Source: an uncultured Acidimicrobiaceae bacterium (GTDB lineage: Bacteria; Actinomycetota; Acidimicrobiia; Acidimicrobiales; Bog-793). Taken from it: a stretch of DNA of 64,000 nucleotides. The position numbers were made by a program, and so were the translations under genes. Positions 10,716-21,863 of this stretch are shown one piece after another (the first letter of the stretch is position 1; each line of letters opens with the position of its first letter). The DNA is taken from contig CAWHOY010000008.1 of the NCBI GenBank assembly GCA_963831155.1, positions 252,281-316,280 on the forward strand, in the 5' to 3' direction. The notes under the pieces are model-generated. The model saw nothing but the letters and a program-made list of their open reading frames with translations, had not been told where the DNA came from and made no database searches.

Positions 10716-11714
10716 GTGGAGCTGGGGCTTGTCTTGCAGACCGACCCTCCGGCGAGTCGCCTCGTCGAGCTCGCTCGCCGCGCCGAGGATGCGGGGTTCA
10801 CCCACCTTTGGACTTTCGACTCGCACATCTTGTGGCAGGAGCCGTTCGTCATCTATTCGCGCATTCTGGCGGCGACGGAGTCGATCATCGTCGGCCCGAT
10901 GGTGACGAACCCGTTGACGCGGGACTCGACGGTGACTGCGTCGCTTTTCGCGACTTTGAACGACATGTACGGCAACCGGACGGTGTGCGGGATCGGCCGC
11001 GGCGACTCGGCGGTGCGCGTTCGCGGTGGCACGCCTGCGACCCTCGGCACCCTCGAGGCCGCCATCGAGACCATCCGCGCGCTCGCGAACGGCGACGAGG
11101 TCGAACTTCGCGGCACTCCGGTCCGGATGCCGTGGGTGAAGGACGGCTCTCTCGAGGTGTGGATGGCCGCCTATGGCCCGAAGGCCCTCGACCTCGCCGG
11201 ACGAGTCGCGGACGGGCTCATCCTGCAACTCGCCGACCCCTACCTCGTCGAATGGTCGGTCCGCCATGCCCTCGAGGCGCACGACAACTCAGCACGCGCC
11301 GACCTGCCGTTCACAATCTGCGCCGCCGCTCCGGCGTACGTCGGTGATGACCTCGCCCACCAGCGCGACCAGGTGCGCTGGTTCGGTGGGATGGTCGGCA
11401 ACCACGTCGCCGATCTTGTCCGCCGCTACGGGGAGCGCTCGGGCGCGGTTCCCGAAGAACTCACCGCATACGTCAAGGCCCGGCCCGACTATGACTACGC
11501 CCACCACGGCAGGGCGGGGAATCCCTCGACCGACTTCGTGCCCGACAACATCGTCGACCGCTTCTGTCTATTGGGCGGCTCCAGCGCGCACATCGCGAAG
11601 CTGGAGCAGCTCTCCTCGCTCGGTGTTGATCATTTCGCGCTCTACCTGATGCACGACGCGGAGGACTCCACGTTGGAGGCGTATGCAAGCGACGTGATCC
11701 CGCACTTCGCGTGA
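10716..11714 (+). CDS. luciferase-like monooxygenase (LLM) class flavin/F420-dependent oxidoreductase
   Basis: [48 protein letters not shown] is typical of the LLM TIM-barrel N-terminus. GTG 10716 follows GAGGAGG. Confidence 0.8.
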   Translation: MELGLVLQTDPPASRLVELARRAEDAGFTHLWTFDSHILWQEPFVIYSRILAATESIIVGPMVTNPLTRDSTVTASLFATLNDMYGNRTVCGIGRGDSAVRVRGGTPATLGTLEAAIETIRALANGDEVELRGTPVRMPWVKDGSLEVWMAAYGPKALDLAGRVADGLILQLADPYLVEWSVRHALEAHDNSARADLPFTICAAAPAYVGDDLAHQRDQVRWFGGMVGNHVADLVRRYGERSGAVPEELTAYVKARPDYDYAHHGRAGNPSTDFVPDNIVDRFCLLGGSSAHIAKLEQLSSLGVDHFALYLMHDAEDSTLEAYASDVIPHFA

Positions 11715-11736
11715 GAGCGGGCCTCGGAGGGCGTTG

Positions 11737-13233
11737 ATGATCGAACACGAAGTACGCGTCCACCAGAGCGCCGAGGGTTTCCCGCGCGAAGAGGAGCTCG
11801 CCTGGAAGCTCGCTTTGGTCGCGGCCGATTTCGTTCCCGTGGATGCCGACGTCGCAGAGATGATCGTCAACCGGGTGATCGACAACGCCGGCGTTGCCGC
11901 CGCGGCATTGGATCGCCACCCCGTGGCGAGCGCGCGCTCACAGGCGCTCGGGCATCCGTACGCGCCGGGTTCGACGATCTTTGGCCTCGCGCTCTCCCGG
12001 CGGGTCTCGCCGGAGTGGGCGGCGTGGGCGAACGGTGTCGCGGTGCGAGAGCTCGACTTCCACGACACCTTCCTCGCAAGGGAGTACTCGCACCCCGGAG
12101 ACAACATCTCGCCGCTCGTCGCCGTCGCGCAGCACCGGGGGCTCGCCGGTGCGGAGCTCGTCGCGGCGATCGCCACCGCTTATGAGGTGCAGGTCGACCT
12201 GTCGAAGGCGATCTCTTTGCACGAGCACACGATCGATCACGTCGCGCACCTGGGACCGTCGGTGGCGGCCGGGCTCGGCACCTTGCTCCACTTGCCGACC
12301 GAGGTCACCTATCAGGCGATCAATCAGTCCTTGCATGTGACGACGGCCACCCGCCAGTCGCGCAAGGGCCAGATCTCGACCTGGAAGGCGTACGCGCCGG
12401 CGTTTGCGGCGAAGGTGGCCATCGAGGCCGTCGACCGGGCGATGCGCGGCGAGAGCTCGCCGGCGCCGATATATGAAGGTGAGGACGCGGTGATCGCGTC
12501 GCTCCTCGACGGCCCGCAGGCGAGCTATCGGGTGCCGCTGCCCGGTCCGGGCGAGCCGAAGCGGGCGATCCTCGAGACGTACACGAAGGCCCATTCGGCC
12601 GAGTACCAGGCCCAGGCGCTCATCGACCTGGCGTTCAGAATCCGCGAGCGCATCCCGGATCTTTCAAAGGTCGAAAGCATCGTCATCGAGACGAGCCACC
12701 ACACCGACAAGGTGATCGGCTCGGGCGCGAACGACCCGCAGAAATACGACCCCTCGGCGTCGCGTGAAACCCTCGACCACTCGATCATGTACATCTTCGC
12801 CGTCGCAATAGAAGACGGGACCTTCCACTACGAATCGTCGTACACGCCGGCGCGCGCCCGGCGTGCCTCAACAGTCGAGCTGTGGCGGAAGATCTCGACG
12901 GTGGAAGACCCGCGCTGGACCGAGCGGTACCACGCCGCTGATCCGGCACAAAAGGCCTTCGGTGGACGCGTCATCGTCCGCTTGCTCGACGGCACGGAGC
13001 TCAGCGACGAGATCGCCGTAGCCGACGCGCACCCTCTCGGCGCGCACCCCTTCCGCCGGTCCGACTATGTCGAGAAGTTCCGCACGCTCGCAGAGGGCGT
13101 CGTCGCCGACGCCGAACAGGACCGGTTCCTGGCGGTCGCCGCGTCGCTCCCGACGGCCTCACCAGAATCCGTCGCCGGGCTCTCTTTTGTCGCTCCCGGG
13201 TGTGACGAAGGGCGCAGGAGCGGCATCTTCTGA
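11737..13233 (+). CDS. prpD: 2-methylcitrate dehydratase (MmgE/PrpD family)
   Basis: About 498 aa with PrpD-like sequence throughout. First gene of a prpD-prpB-prpC arrangement. Confidence 0.88.
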   Translation: MIEHEVRVHQSAEGFPREEELAWKLALVAADFVPVDADVAEMIVNRVIDNAGVAAAALDRHPVASARSQALGHPYAPGSTIFGLALSRRVSPEWAAWANGVAVRELDFHDTFLAREYSHPGDNISPLVAVAQHRGLAGAELVAAIATAYEVQVDLSKAISLHEHTIDHVAHLGPSVAAGLGTLLHLPTEVTYQAINQSLHVTTATRQSRKGQISTWKAYAPAFAAKVAIEAVDRAMRGESSPAPIYEGEDAVIASLLDGPQASYRVPLPGPGEPKRAILETYTKAHSAEYQAQALIDLAFRIRERIPDLSKVESIVIETSHHTDKVIGSGANDPQKYDPSASRETLDHSIMYIFAVAIEDGTFHYESSYTPARARRASTVELWRKISTVEDPRWTERYHAADPAQKAFGGRVIVRLLDGTELSDEIAVADAHPLGAHPFRRSDYVEKFRTLAEGVVADAEQDRFLAVAASLPTASPESVAGLSFVAPGCDEGRRSGIF

Positions 13234-14141
13234 TGCTCGAACATTCCCTGTCCGCGACCGAACGCCGACGGTCGTTTCGGGCCGCGCTCTCGTCGGGTCG
13301 ATTGCTCGGCTTCCCTGGCGCGTTCAACGCCCTCGTCGCGCGCACGATCGAAGCCCACGGCTTCGACGGCATCTACGTCTCCGGCGCGGTCGTTTCGGCG
13401 TCGTATGCGCTGCCGGACATCGGCCTCACGAATCAGTCCGAAGTCGTCGACGCCAGCCGCTCGATCACCCGCTCGGTCGAGCTCCCCGTCCTCGTTGACG
13501 CCGATACGGGTTTCGGCGAGCCGACGAACGTCGCGCGGACCATCCAGCTGCTCGAAGACGCCGAGGCGGCGGGCTGTCATATCGAGGACCAGGTGAACCC
13601 GAAGCGGTGCGGCCACCTCGACAACAAGGACGTCGTCAGCCGAGAAGAGATGGTGCGGAGGATCGCCGCCGCCGTGCAGGCGCGGCGCGACGAGTCCTTT
13701 GTGGTGTGCGCACGCACCGACGCCGCGGCAACAGAAGGCGTTGACGGTGCGATGGACCGGGCGCGCGCCTATGTCGACGCGGGCGCGGACATGATCTTTC
13801 CCGAAGCGCTCGCCGACGAATCAGAGTTCGAGCGCTTCCGCAAGGCGATTGACGTCCCGTTGCTCGCGAACATGACGGAGTTCGGAAAGTCGAAGCTTTT
13901 GTCGCGCAAAGCTCTCGAGGATCTCGGCATGAACGTAGTCATCTACCCCGTGACGCTGTTGCGGATCGCGATGGGGGCCGTCGAACGCGCGTTGAGCGCG
14001 ATCCAAAAAGACGGCACTCAAGCAGGGATCGTCGACGAGATGCAAACGAGGGCGCGCCTGTACGAGATCATCGACTATGAGGGCTACGTGGCCTTTGACG
14101 AATCGGTCTTCAATTTCAACGTCGAGACGAAAGGGAACTGA
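13233..14141 (+). CDS. prpB: methylisocitrate lyase
   Basis: GAFNALVARTIEAHGFDGIYVSG, DADTGFGE and HIEDQVNPKRCGH. The ATG overlaps the prpD stop (TGATG). Confidence 0.9.
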   Translation: MLEHSLSATERRRSFRAALSSGRLLGFPGAFNALVARTIEAHGFDGIYVSGAVVSASYALPDIGLTNQSEVVDASRSITRSVELPVLVDADTGFGEPTNVARTIQLLEDAEAAGCHIEDQVNPKRCGHLDNKDVVSREEMVRRIAAAVQARRDESFVVCARTDAAATEGVDGAMDRARAYVDAGADMIFPEALADESEFERFRKAIDVPLLANMTEFGKSKLLSRKALEDLGMNVVIYPVTLLRIAMGAVERALSAIQKDGTQAGIVDEMQTRARLYEIIDYEGYVAFDESVFNFNVETKGN

Positions 14142-14142
14142 C

Positions 14143-15261
14143 GTGGCGGAGCAGGCAAGCGACATCAGGAGGGGTCTCGTCGGCGTCGTCGCCGACGAGA
14201 CGGCGATCTCGATGGTGAACGAGGAGACGAACTCGCTTCTTTATCGCGGATATCCGGTCCAAGACCTCGCCGCAGCATGCAACTTCGAGCAGGTCGCGTA
14301 CTTGATCTGGCATGGCGAGCTGGCGAAGCCCGAAGAGCTCGAGCGATTCACGAACGACGAGAAATCACGGCGCCAGGTGCCCCAGCGGGTCCTGGAGACG
14401 CTTTCGACGCTGCCGACGGATTGCCACCCGATGGACGTGATGCGCTCGGCGGTGAGCTTGTTCGGCGCGTTCGACACAGAGGAGGACGACCCCTCGGTTG
14501 AGGCGAACCTGCGCAAGTCGCTCTCGATGATGGCGAAGCTGCCGACGATCGTCGCCTTCGAACAGCGCCGACGCCGCGGCGAAAAGGCGATCCCGCCCGA
14601 CGAAGGTCTGTCGTACGCAGAGAACTTCTTCCATATGTGCTTCGGAGAGGTGCCGGACAAAGAGGTCGTTTCGGCGTTCGAGGTGTCGATGATCCTCTAC
14701 GCGGAGCATTCCTTCAATGCCTCGACGTTCACCGCCCGCATCATCACCTCGACGCTGTCCGACATCTACTCGGCCGTCACCGGCGCGATCGGCGCGTTGA
14801 AGGGACCACTGCACGGCGGCGCCAACGAAGCGGTGATGGTGATGCTCGAAGAGATCGGTGATCCCCAGAACGCCAATGCCTGGCTCCAAGACGCCCTCGC
14901 GAACAAGCGCAAGATCATGGGATTCGGCCACCGTGTCTACAAGCACGGCGACTCTCGCGTTCCGACGATGCGCGCGTCGCTCGAGCGGCTCGCGAAACTG
15001 AAGGGCGACAACGACCTGATGGCGCTGTACGTGAACCTCGAGCGGGCGATGATCGAGGAGAAGGCGATCCACCCGAACCTCGACTTCCCCTCTGGTCCCG
15101 CCTACAACCTGATGGGTTTCGACACTCCGATGTTCACGCCGATCTTCGTCATGAGCCGAATCACCGGCTGGACCGCCCACGTCATGGAACAGTTGGCGAA
15201 GAACGCGCTCATCCGGCCACTGTCGGCCTACGTCGGACCGCCCGAGCGACGTCTGAGCTGA
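14143..15261 (+). CDS. prpC: 2-methylcitrate synthase / citrate synthase family
   Basis: [19 protein letters not shown] and [13 protein letters not shown]. The GTG at 14143 is immediately after the prpB stop. Confidence 0.88.
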   Translation: MAEQASDIRRGLVGVVADETAISMVNEETNSLLYRGYPVQDLAAACNFEQVAYLIWHGELAKPEELERFTNDEKSRRQVPQRVLETLSTLPTDCHPMDVMRSAVSLFGAFDTEEDDPSVEANLRKSLSMMAKLPTIVAFEQRRRRGEKAIPPDEGLSYAENFFHMCFGEVPDKEVVSAFEVSMILYAEHSFNASTFTARIITSTLSDIYSAVTGAIGALKGPLHGGANEAVMVMLEEIGDPQNANAWLQDALANKRKIMGFGHRVYKHGDSRVPTMRASLERLAKLKGDNDLMALYVNLERAMIEEKAIHPNLDFPSGPAYNLMGFDTPMFTPIFVMSRITGWTAHVMEQLAKNALIRPLSAYVGPPERRLS

Positions 15262-15272
15262 GGTCGACGCAG

Positions 15273-16946
15273 GTGGCAAACGCGCCCGTCCACATCGGTC
15301 CTCGTCTGGTGAGGGCTCCGCGGGGGACGAAACGTAGCTGTCGGGGCTGGCCGCAAGAAGCCGCGTTGCGGATGCTGATGAACAACCTCGATCCCGAGGT
15401 GGCCGAGCACCCCGACGCGCTCGTCGTCTACGGAGGCTCGGGACGTGCGGCGCGCTCGTGGGACGCCTTCGACGCGATCGTCGCCGAGCTTCGGCGCCTC
15501 GAGTCCGACGAGACGCTGCTCGTCCAGTCCGGAAAGCCGGTCGGCGTCCTGCGCACCCACGAATGGGCGCCGCGCGTGCTGATCGCGAACGCCAACCTGG
15601 TCCCGAAGTGGGCGACGCCCGAGGAGTTCCACCGCCTGGAGGCAGAAGGTCTCACGATGTTCGGCCAGATGACGGCGGGGTCGTGGATCTACATCGGCAC
15701 TCAGGGGATCCTGCAAGGAACGTACGAGACCTTCGCCGCCGCGGCACAGCACTTCGACGGGAGTTTGCGCGGCACGTTGACGCTCACCGCCGGTCTCGGG
15801 GGCATGGGTGGCGCGCAGCCGCTAGCGGTGACGATGAACGAGGGCGTTGTTCTGTGTATCGAATGCGACCCGAGTCGCGTCGCCAGGCGGCTCGAGACCC
15901 GCTATCTGGACGAGGCGGCCGATGACTTGCGCGACGCAGTGCGACGGGTCAGCGCCGCGAGGAGCGAAGGTCGCCCGCTGTCGGTCGGCGTCGTCGGGAA
16001 CGCCGCCGAAGCGCTGCCGGCGCTGTTGTCGATGGGCGTCGAGGCGGACCTCGTCACCGACCAGACCTCGGCGCACGATCCGCTGCAGTACTTGCCGATC
16101 GGGGTCGAGTTCGCCGAGATCGCCGCGCTGCGGGAGAAGGATCCCGAAGGTTTCACCGCCCGGGCGCGCGAGTCGATCGCCGCGCACGTCGAAGCGATGG
16201 TGGGGTATCTCGACAATGGCGCCGAAGTGTTCGATTATGGCAACTCGATCCGCGCCGAAGCCGAGCTCGGCGGTTTCGGGCGCGCCTTCGCGTTCGAAGG
16301 TTTCGTTCCGAAGTACATCCGGCCGCTGTTCTGCGAGGGCAAGGGGCCGTTTCGCTGGGCGGCGCTGTCGGGAGATCCGAGGGACATCGCCACGACCGAC
16401 GACGCGATCGTCGAGTTGTTCCCCGAAAACGAGGCACTCGCTCGCTGGATCCGTATGGCCCGCGAGAAAGTCGCTTTTCAGGGGCTGCCGGCGCGCATCT
16501 GCTGGCTGGGCTACGGCGAACGCGATCGCGCCGGACTCGAGTTCAACGCCCTCGTGCGCAATGGCGCCATCAAGGCGCCGATCGTGATCGGTCGTGACCA
16601 TCTCGATGCCGGCTCGGTCGCCTCGCCCTATCGCGAAACCGAAGCGATGGCCGATGGATCGGATGCGATCGCCGACTGGCCGCTTTTGAACGCGCTCGCC
16701 TCGACGTCTTCGGGAGCGGCGTGGGTTTCGATTCACTCCGGTGGGGGCGTCGGAGTCGGGCGGTCGATCCACGCCGGGCAGGTCACCGTGGCCGACGGCA
16801 CCGAGCTCGCGGCGGAGAAACTCGAGCGCGTGCTGTCGAACGATCCATTGTTGGGCGTGTTGCGACACGTCGACGCCGGCTACCCACGCGCCCGCGAGGT
16901 CGCGTCGGCGCGGGGAATCCGCATTCCGATGGACCGCGTCGAGTGA
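15273..16946 (+). CDS. hutU: urocanate hydratase
   Basis: 557 aa with [21 protein letters not shown] and [16 protein letters not shown]. Confidence 0.93.
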   Translation: MANAPVHIGPRLVRAPRGTKRSCRGWPQEAALRMLMNNLDPEVAEHPDALVVYGGSGRAARSWDAFDAIVAELRRLESDETLLVQSGKPVGVLRTHEWAPRVLIANANLVPKWATPEEFHRLEAEGLTMFGQMTAGSWIYIGTQGILQGTYETFAAAAQHFDGSLRGTLTLTAGLGGMGGAQPLAVTMNEGVVLCIECDPSRVARRLETRYLDEAADDLRDAVRRVSAARSEGRPLSVGVVGNAAEALPALLSMGVEADLVTDQTSAHDPLQYLPIGVEFAEIAALREKDPEGFTARARESIAAHVEAMVGYLDNGAEVFDYGNSIRAEAELGGFGRAFAFEGFVPKYIRPLFCEGKGPFRWAALSGDPRDIATTDDAIVELFPENEALARWIRMAREKVAFQGLPARICWLGYGERDRAGLEFNALVRNGAIKAPIVIGRDHLDAGSVASPYRETEAMADGSDAIADWPLLNALASTSSGAAWVSIHSGGGVGVGRSIHAGQVTVADGTELAAEKLERVLSNDPLLGVLRHVDAGYPRAREVASARGIRIPMDRVE

Positions 16947-16956
16947 GTCGCGCGAG

Positions 16957-18303
16957 GTGACGATCTTCTGGTGCGAGCGAGCGCTCCTCGGCGAGCCGTC
17001 CGCCGGTCGCGTCGAGTCGGGTGTTCTCGTCGAGGAGACTGACCGGACGATCACGAGGATCGAGGTTTCGACCACGGCGCCGTCCGGGTCGCGACGGCTT
17101 TTCGGCTTCGTCGTTCCGGGGCTTTCGAACAGCCACTCGCACAGCTTCCAACGCGCACTGCGCGGTGCCGTCGAGCGAGACGGCGGTGACTTCTGGGCGT
17201 GGCGCGACGCGATGTACTCGCTCGCCGGCGTGCTCGAGCCGGATTCTTTCCGTGATCTCTGTGCGGCCACCTTCGCCGAGATGGTGCTCTCGGGCATAAC
17301 GACGGTCGGCGAGTTCCACTACCTGCACCACCGGCCCGGGGGCGAGCCGTACGTCGATCCGGACGCGATGACCGCAGCACTGATCGCCGCGGCGCAAACG
17401 GCGGGGATCCGAATGAGCGTCATCGACACCTGCTATCTGACCGGCGGGATCGGCCAACCGCTCGCCGGCACCCAGACACGTTTTGGGGACGGCAGTGTTG
17501 ACCGCTGGATCCAACGAGCCGAGCGACTGACGCCGAGCGAGCGGGTGCGGCTCTGTGCGGGTGTGCACAGCGTCCGCGCCCTCGTTCCCGAGGACATCGA
17601 AGCCGTCGCCACCTTTGCCCGGAAGCTCTCGATCCCTTTGCATTTCCACCTTTCCGAGCAGCAGCGCGAAAACGATCAGTGCTTCGCCGCCTACGGACGC
17701 ACACCGACCGAGCTTCTCGAAGATTGCGGCGCGTTGGACGCCGCGTCGGTCGCGGTACACGCGACCTTCGTCTCGGACGCCGACGTCGACCGACTCGGGT
17801 CGGCCGGCACCGCGGTCTGCCTGTGTCCTTCGACCGAGCAAGAGCTCGGTGACGGGATCGCTCCTGCGGACGCGCTACGCCGGGCGGGAAGTCCGCTCTG
17901 TGTCGGGTCGGACTCCAACGCGCAGATTGATCCCTTCTTCGAGGCGCGGGCGATCGAGCTCGGTGAGCGCCTTGCTCGCGGCCAGCGCGCCATCCACGGC
18001 CCGGAGTCGCTCCTCGCTGCGGCGACCTCGCACGGAGCACGGGCGCTCGGCTGGCCCGAGGTCGGCGAGATCGCCGTCGGCTCGCGTTGCGATCTTGTCG
18101 CAGTCGATGCGCGCTCGGTCCGTCTCGCCGGTGCGATGGAGGCGGACCCGGTCAGCGCGGTCGTCTTCGTCGCGAGCGCGGCCGATGTGACCGACGTGGT
18201 CATCGACGGTCGCACGATCGTCGAGGAGCGGCGTCACGTCGCGTACGGGGAACCCGGTGCCGCATTATCGAAGACGATCGATGCGTTGAGGCGCCGGGCA
18301 TGA
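16957..18303 (+). CDS. hutF: formimidoylglutamate deiminase
   Basis: Amidohydrolase with SNSHSHSFQRALRG..FWAWRDAMY. GTG 16957 lies after the hutU stop. The upstream part of the ORF overlaps hutU and is Arg-rich nonsense. Confidence 0.8.
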   Translation: MTIFWCERALLGEPSAGRVESGVLVEETDRTITRIEVSTTAPSGSRRLFGFVVPGLSNSHSHSFQRALRGAVERDGGDFWAWRDAMYSLAGVLEPDSFRDLCAATFAEMVLSGITTVGEFHYLHHRPGGEPYVDPDAMTAALIAAAQTAGIRMSVIDTCYLTGGIGQPLAGTQTRFGDGSVDRWIQRAERLTPSERVRLCAGVHSVRALVPEDIEAVATFARKLSIPLHFHLSEQQRENDQCFAAYGRTPTELLEDCGALDAASVAVHATFVSDADVDRLGSAGTAVCLCPSTEQELGDGIAPADALRRAGSPLCVGSDSNAQIDPFFEARAIELGERLARGQRAIHGPESLLAAATSHGARALGWPEVGEIAVGSRCDLVAVDARSVRLAGAMEADPVSAVVFVASAADVTDVVIDGRTIVEERRHVAYGEPGAALSKTIDALRRRA

Positions 18304-19520
18304 GTGGCTCCATCGCGATCTCGGGCATCGGCCAACTCGTGACTAACGATCCCGAGCTCGGCCAAGGATCCCTCGGGGTGATCTCCGACGCGTCGGTCGT
18401 CGTCGAAAACGGGGTGATCGCGTACGTCGGCGCATCGAGGACCGCGCCCGCCGCAGACGTCGAGATCCACGCGGGCGGGCGATGTGTCCTTCCCGGATTC
18501 GTCGACTCTCACACCCATCTCGTCTTCGCGGGGGACCGGTCTGATGAATTCGCTGCGCGCATGGCCGGACGGCCGTACGCGACGGGGGGGATCGCCCAGA
18601 CGGTCGAGACGACGCGCGCCGCGAGTGACTCGGTCCTGCTTGCCAATGCCCGTCGTTTGGTCGACGAAGCGGTCGCGCAAGGGACGACGACGATCGAAAC
18701 GAAATCGGGATACGGACTCACGACGAAAGACGAAGCGCGCTCGCTGCGGATAGCGGGACAGTGTGCAGAGGAGGTGACGTTCCTCGGAGCGCACGTCGTA
18801 CCCGATGAATATGCACGCGACCGTGGTTGTTACGTCGCGCTCGTTGCCGGTGAAATGCTCGATGAGTGCGCACCCTTCGCGAGGTGGTGCGACGTGTTCT
18901 GCGATGAGGGCGCATTCGACGGCGACGAGTCGGCACGCATCCTGGAGGCCGCCCGGGACAAGGGCCTCGGATTGCGCATCCACGCCAACCAGCTCGCCAA
19001 CGGACCGGGTGCGACGCTCGCCGCGCGCTTCGGCGCGGCATCGGCCGACCACCTGAACCACTTGCTGCCCGACGACGTCGCGGCGCTGAGGGACGGCAAC
19101 GTCGTGGCGACCCTGTGTCCGGGCGCCGACTTTTCGACAAAGTCGCGCTACGCGAACGGGCGGGCACTGCTCGACGCCGGCGTGACCGTCGCCCTCGCGA
19201 CCGACTGCAATCCGGGGACGAGCTTCACGACTTCGATGCCGTTCGTCATCGCGCTCGCCGTGCGCGAGTGCGGACTCAGTGCCGACGATGCCGTCGCGGC
19301 AGCCACCGTCGGAGGGGCTCGGGCTCTGCGCCGGGACGACGTCGGACGGATCGCGCCGGGGTGTCGCGGCGACGTCGTCGTCCTCGACGCGCCGAGCCAC
19401 ATCCACCTCGCCTACCGCCCGGGAGTGCGCCTCGTCGACGTCGTCGTGCGCAACGGTGAGGTCGCGTTCCCGGTCGCGCGCGGAGAGGATGGCCCAGCCG
19501 AGCCGGAGAGCCGTGGCTGA
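18300..19520 (+). CDS. hutI: imidazolonepropionase
   Basis: MSGSIAISGIGQLVTNDP..PGFVDSHTHLVFAG..TDCNPG. ATG 18300 overlaps the hutF stop (ATGA). Confidence 0.9.
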   Translation: MSGSIAISGIGQLVTNDPELGQGSLGVISDASVVVENGVIAYVGASRTAPAADVEIHAGGRCVLPGFVDSHTHLVFAGDRSDEFAARMAGRPYATGGIAQTVETTRAASDSVLLANARRLVDEAVAQGTTTIETKSGYGLTTKDEARSLRIAGQCAEEVTFLGAHVVPDEYARDRGCYVALVAGEMLDECAPFARWCDVFCDEGAFDGDESARILEAARDKGLGLRIHANQLANGPGATLAARFGAASADHLNHLLPDDVAALRDGNVVATLCPGADFSTKSRYANGRALLDAGVTVALATDCNPGTSFTTSMPFVIALAVRECGLSADDAVAAATVGGARALRRDDVGRIAPGCRGDVVVLDAPSHIHLAYRPGVRLVDVVVRNGEVAFPVARGEDGPAEPESRG

Positions 19521-21057
19521 TCGCGCCGTCGGCGTCGGCCCGCACGGCATCAAGCCAGAAGAGGTGATCGCCGTCGTGCGCGGGGGTTACGGCGTCGAGA
19601 TCACCCCGGCGGCGCGCCGTGCGATGGCGGCGTCGCGCGCGCACATCGAGGAGATCGCCGCGCGGCGCGATCCGGTCTACGGCGTCTCGACCGGTTTCGG
19701 AGCGCTGGCGACCCTCTACATTCCTCCGGAGCGCCGAGGCGAGATGCAGGCATCGCTGATCCGATCGCACGCAGCGGGGATCGGACCCCGCGTCGAGACC
19801 GAGGTCGTGCGGGCGACGATGCTCCTCCGGCTGCGGACGTTGTGCACCGGGATCACGGGCGTGCGCCCCGAGGTCGCCGATGCACTCTGCGCATTGTTGA
19901 ACGCCCACGTGACACCCGTGGTCTTCGAGTACGGGTCGCTCGGTTGCAGTGGTGATCTCGCGCCGCTCGCGCACATCGCTCTCGCACTGATGGGCGAGGG
20001 CAACGTCGAGACGAGGGGCCACCAGGCGGTCGCGGCGCGCGACGCGCTCGACGCGAACGGCATCGCACCGGTGGTGTTGGCGGAGAAAGAGGGGCTCGGG
20101 CTGATCAACGGCACAGATGGGATGCTCGCTGGCCTCCTTCTCTGTGCCCATGACTTTCGCTATCTGTGCAAGATCGCTGATGTCTCCGCCGCGATGAGCA
20201 CCGAGGCGCTCTTGGCGACAGACGTCGCCTTCCGTGCCGACTTGGTCGGACTGCGCCCGCAAGCCGGCCAGATCGCGAGCGCGCACAACCTCACGCGGCT
20301 GTTGAACGGCTCCGAGATCGTGGCGTCGCATCGCACGGGTGATCCGCGCGTCCAGGACGCCTACTCGATCCGCTGCGCGCCCCAAGTCGCCGGCGCGGCG
20401 CGTGAGACCCTCTCGCACGTCGACGCGGTGGTCGAAGCGGAATTGCAGGCACGAATCGACAATCCCGTCGTGCTGGAGGACGGCGAGGTCGTATCGAACG
20501 GCAACTTCCACGGCGCGCCGCTCGGTTATGCCGCGGATTACCTCGCCATCGCCGCCGCGGATCTCGCTTCAATCGCTGAGCGACGGACCGACCGGATGAT
20601 GGACCATTCGCGATCGATGGGATTGCCGTCGTTCCTCGCCGGTGAGCCCGGTGTCGACTCCGGGCTGATGATTGCCCATTACACGCAGGCGTCGATCGTT
20701 GCGGAGTTGAAGCGCCTCGCCGTTCCGGCGAGCGTCGACTCGATCCCGACCTCGGCGATGCAAGAGGACCACGTCTCGATGGGGTGGGCCGCGACGCGCA
20801 AACTCGCCCGGGCGATCGTGAACCTGCGCCGGGTGCTCGCGATCGAGATCACCGCCGCAGCCCGGGCGCTCGAGTTGCGGGCGCCTTTGGAACCGGCGCC
20901 GGCGACGGGCGCCGTCGCCGGGCTCGTCCGCCAGGCGGTCGGCCCTGCCGGCCAGCCTGACCGCTTTGTCGCCCCCGAGCTCGCGGCGGTCGAGGCGCTC
21001 GTGAAGGACGGAGTGCTGCTCGACGCCGCGCAATCCGCCGCCGGCCTTTTGGTCTAG
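19513..21057 (+). CDS. hutH: histidine ammonia-lyase
   Basis: GSLGCSGDLAPLAH (MIO region), NGTDGML and QEDHVSMG. The start is GTG 19513 or ATG 19489; both overlap the hutI end. Confidence 0.9.
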   Translation: MADRAVGVGPHGIKPEEVIAVVRGGYGVEITPAARRAMAASRAHIEEIAARRDPVYGVSTGFGALATLYIPPERRGEMQASLIRSHAAGIGPRVETEVVRATMLLRLRTLCTGITGVRPEVADALCALLNAHVTPVVFEYGSLGCSGDLAPLAHIALALMGEGNVETRGHQAVAARDALDANGIAPVVLAEKEGLGLINGTDGMLAGLLLCAHDFRYLCKIADVSAAMSTEALLATDVAFRADLVGLRPQAGQIASAHNLTRLLNGSEIVASHRTGDPRVQDAYSIRCAPQVAGAARETLSHVDAVVEAELQARIDNPVVLEDGEVVSNGNFHGAPLGYAADYLAIAAADLASIAERRTDRMMDHSRSMGLPSFLAGEPGVDSGLMIAHYTQASIVAELKRLAVPASVDSIPTSAMQEDHVSMGWAATRKLARAIVNLRRVLAIEITAAARALELRAPLEPAPATGAVAGLVRQAVGPAGQPDRFVAPELAAVEALVKDGVLLDAAQSAAGLLV

Positions 21058-21167
21058 CGCCGCTCTGCCGCTCGATAGATCGCGACCGGCTTCTCAGCGG
21101 GTTCCCAGCGGCTCATCAGCAACCCTGGGCCTCACCACGGGATCATGGTCGCCGCAAAGGAGGTCTC

Positions 21168-21863
21168 GTGGCAAAAGCCGAACATCTCGGGCGCGTGCTC
21201 GTCGTCGACGACGAGCCGTCGATCGTTGACTCGGTGTCGACGGTGCTGCGCTACGAAGGTTTCGATGTCGATGTCGCCCACACGGGACGCTCCGCGCTCG
21301 CGAAGTCCCAGGAGGGCCGCTACGACCTTGTCGTGCTCGACGTGATGCTGCCCGATCTCGACGGACTCGAGGTCACGCGGCGCCTCCGTCAAGACGGCGT
21401 CGACATCCCGGTGTTGTTCCTGACGGCGAAGGCCGACGTCGAAGACCGCGTCGCCGGATTGTCGATCGGTGGCGACGACTACGTCACGAAGCCGTTCTCC
21501 TTGATCGAGGTCGTCGCCCGCGCAAAGGCGATCCTCCGTCGTCGCAAAGCCGACGACGACGATCGGACGCTCTGTTTTTCCGATCTCGAGATGCACGAAG
21601 AGAGCCATCAGGTCTGGCGCGGAGGCAAGCCGCTGCACCTGACGGCGACCGAGTTCAACTTGCTGCGGCTCTTCCTGTTGAATCCGCGTCGCGTGCTCTC
21701 GAAGGATCAGATCATCGACCATGTCTGGCATTACGACTTCGGCGGAAATCAGAACATTGTCGAAACCTATGTGCGGTACCTGCGCAAGAAGCTCGACGCC
21801 CTCGGTCCGCCGCTCATCCACACGATCCGCCTCGTCGGATATGTGATGCGTGAGCAGGAGTGA
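21168..21863 (+). CDS. OmpR-family response regulator
   Basis: Receiver domain (VLVVDDEPSI..DLVVLDVMLPDLDG..LTAK) plus winged helix (LTATEFNLLRLFLLNPRRVLSKDQIIDHVW). Confidence 0.92.
   Translation: MAKAEHLGRVLVVDDEPSIVDSVSTVLRYEGFDVDVAHTGRSALAKSQEGRYDLVVLDVMLPDLDGLEVTRRLRQDGVDIPVLFLTAKADVEDRVAGLSIGGDDYVTKPFSLIEVVARAKAILRRRKADDDDRTLCFSDLEMHEESHQVWRGGKPLHLTATEFNLLRLFLLNPRRVLSKDQIIDHVWHYDFGGNQNIVETYVRYLRKKLDALGPPLIHTIRLVGYVMREQE

Noticed and set aside
16741-16956. Upstream extensions of ORF calls that overlap the preceding gene. These affect hutF 16741, hutI 18087, hutH 19279, prpC 14077, metG 32118, tatD 33545, rsmA 34432, hemD 55132, hemL 57128, nuoC 60845, nuoD 61063, mshA 50342 and the ABC ATPase 43812.
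   Set aside because: The extended parts are nonsense-like and overlap real coding sequence. Internal ATG or GTG starts at or overlapping the upstream stop codon give canonical N-termini.
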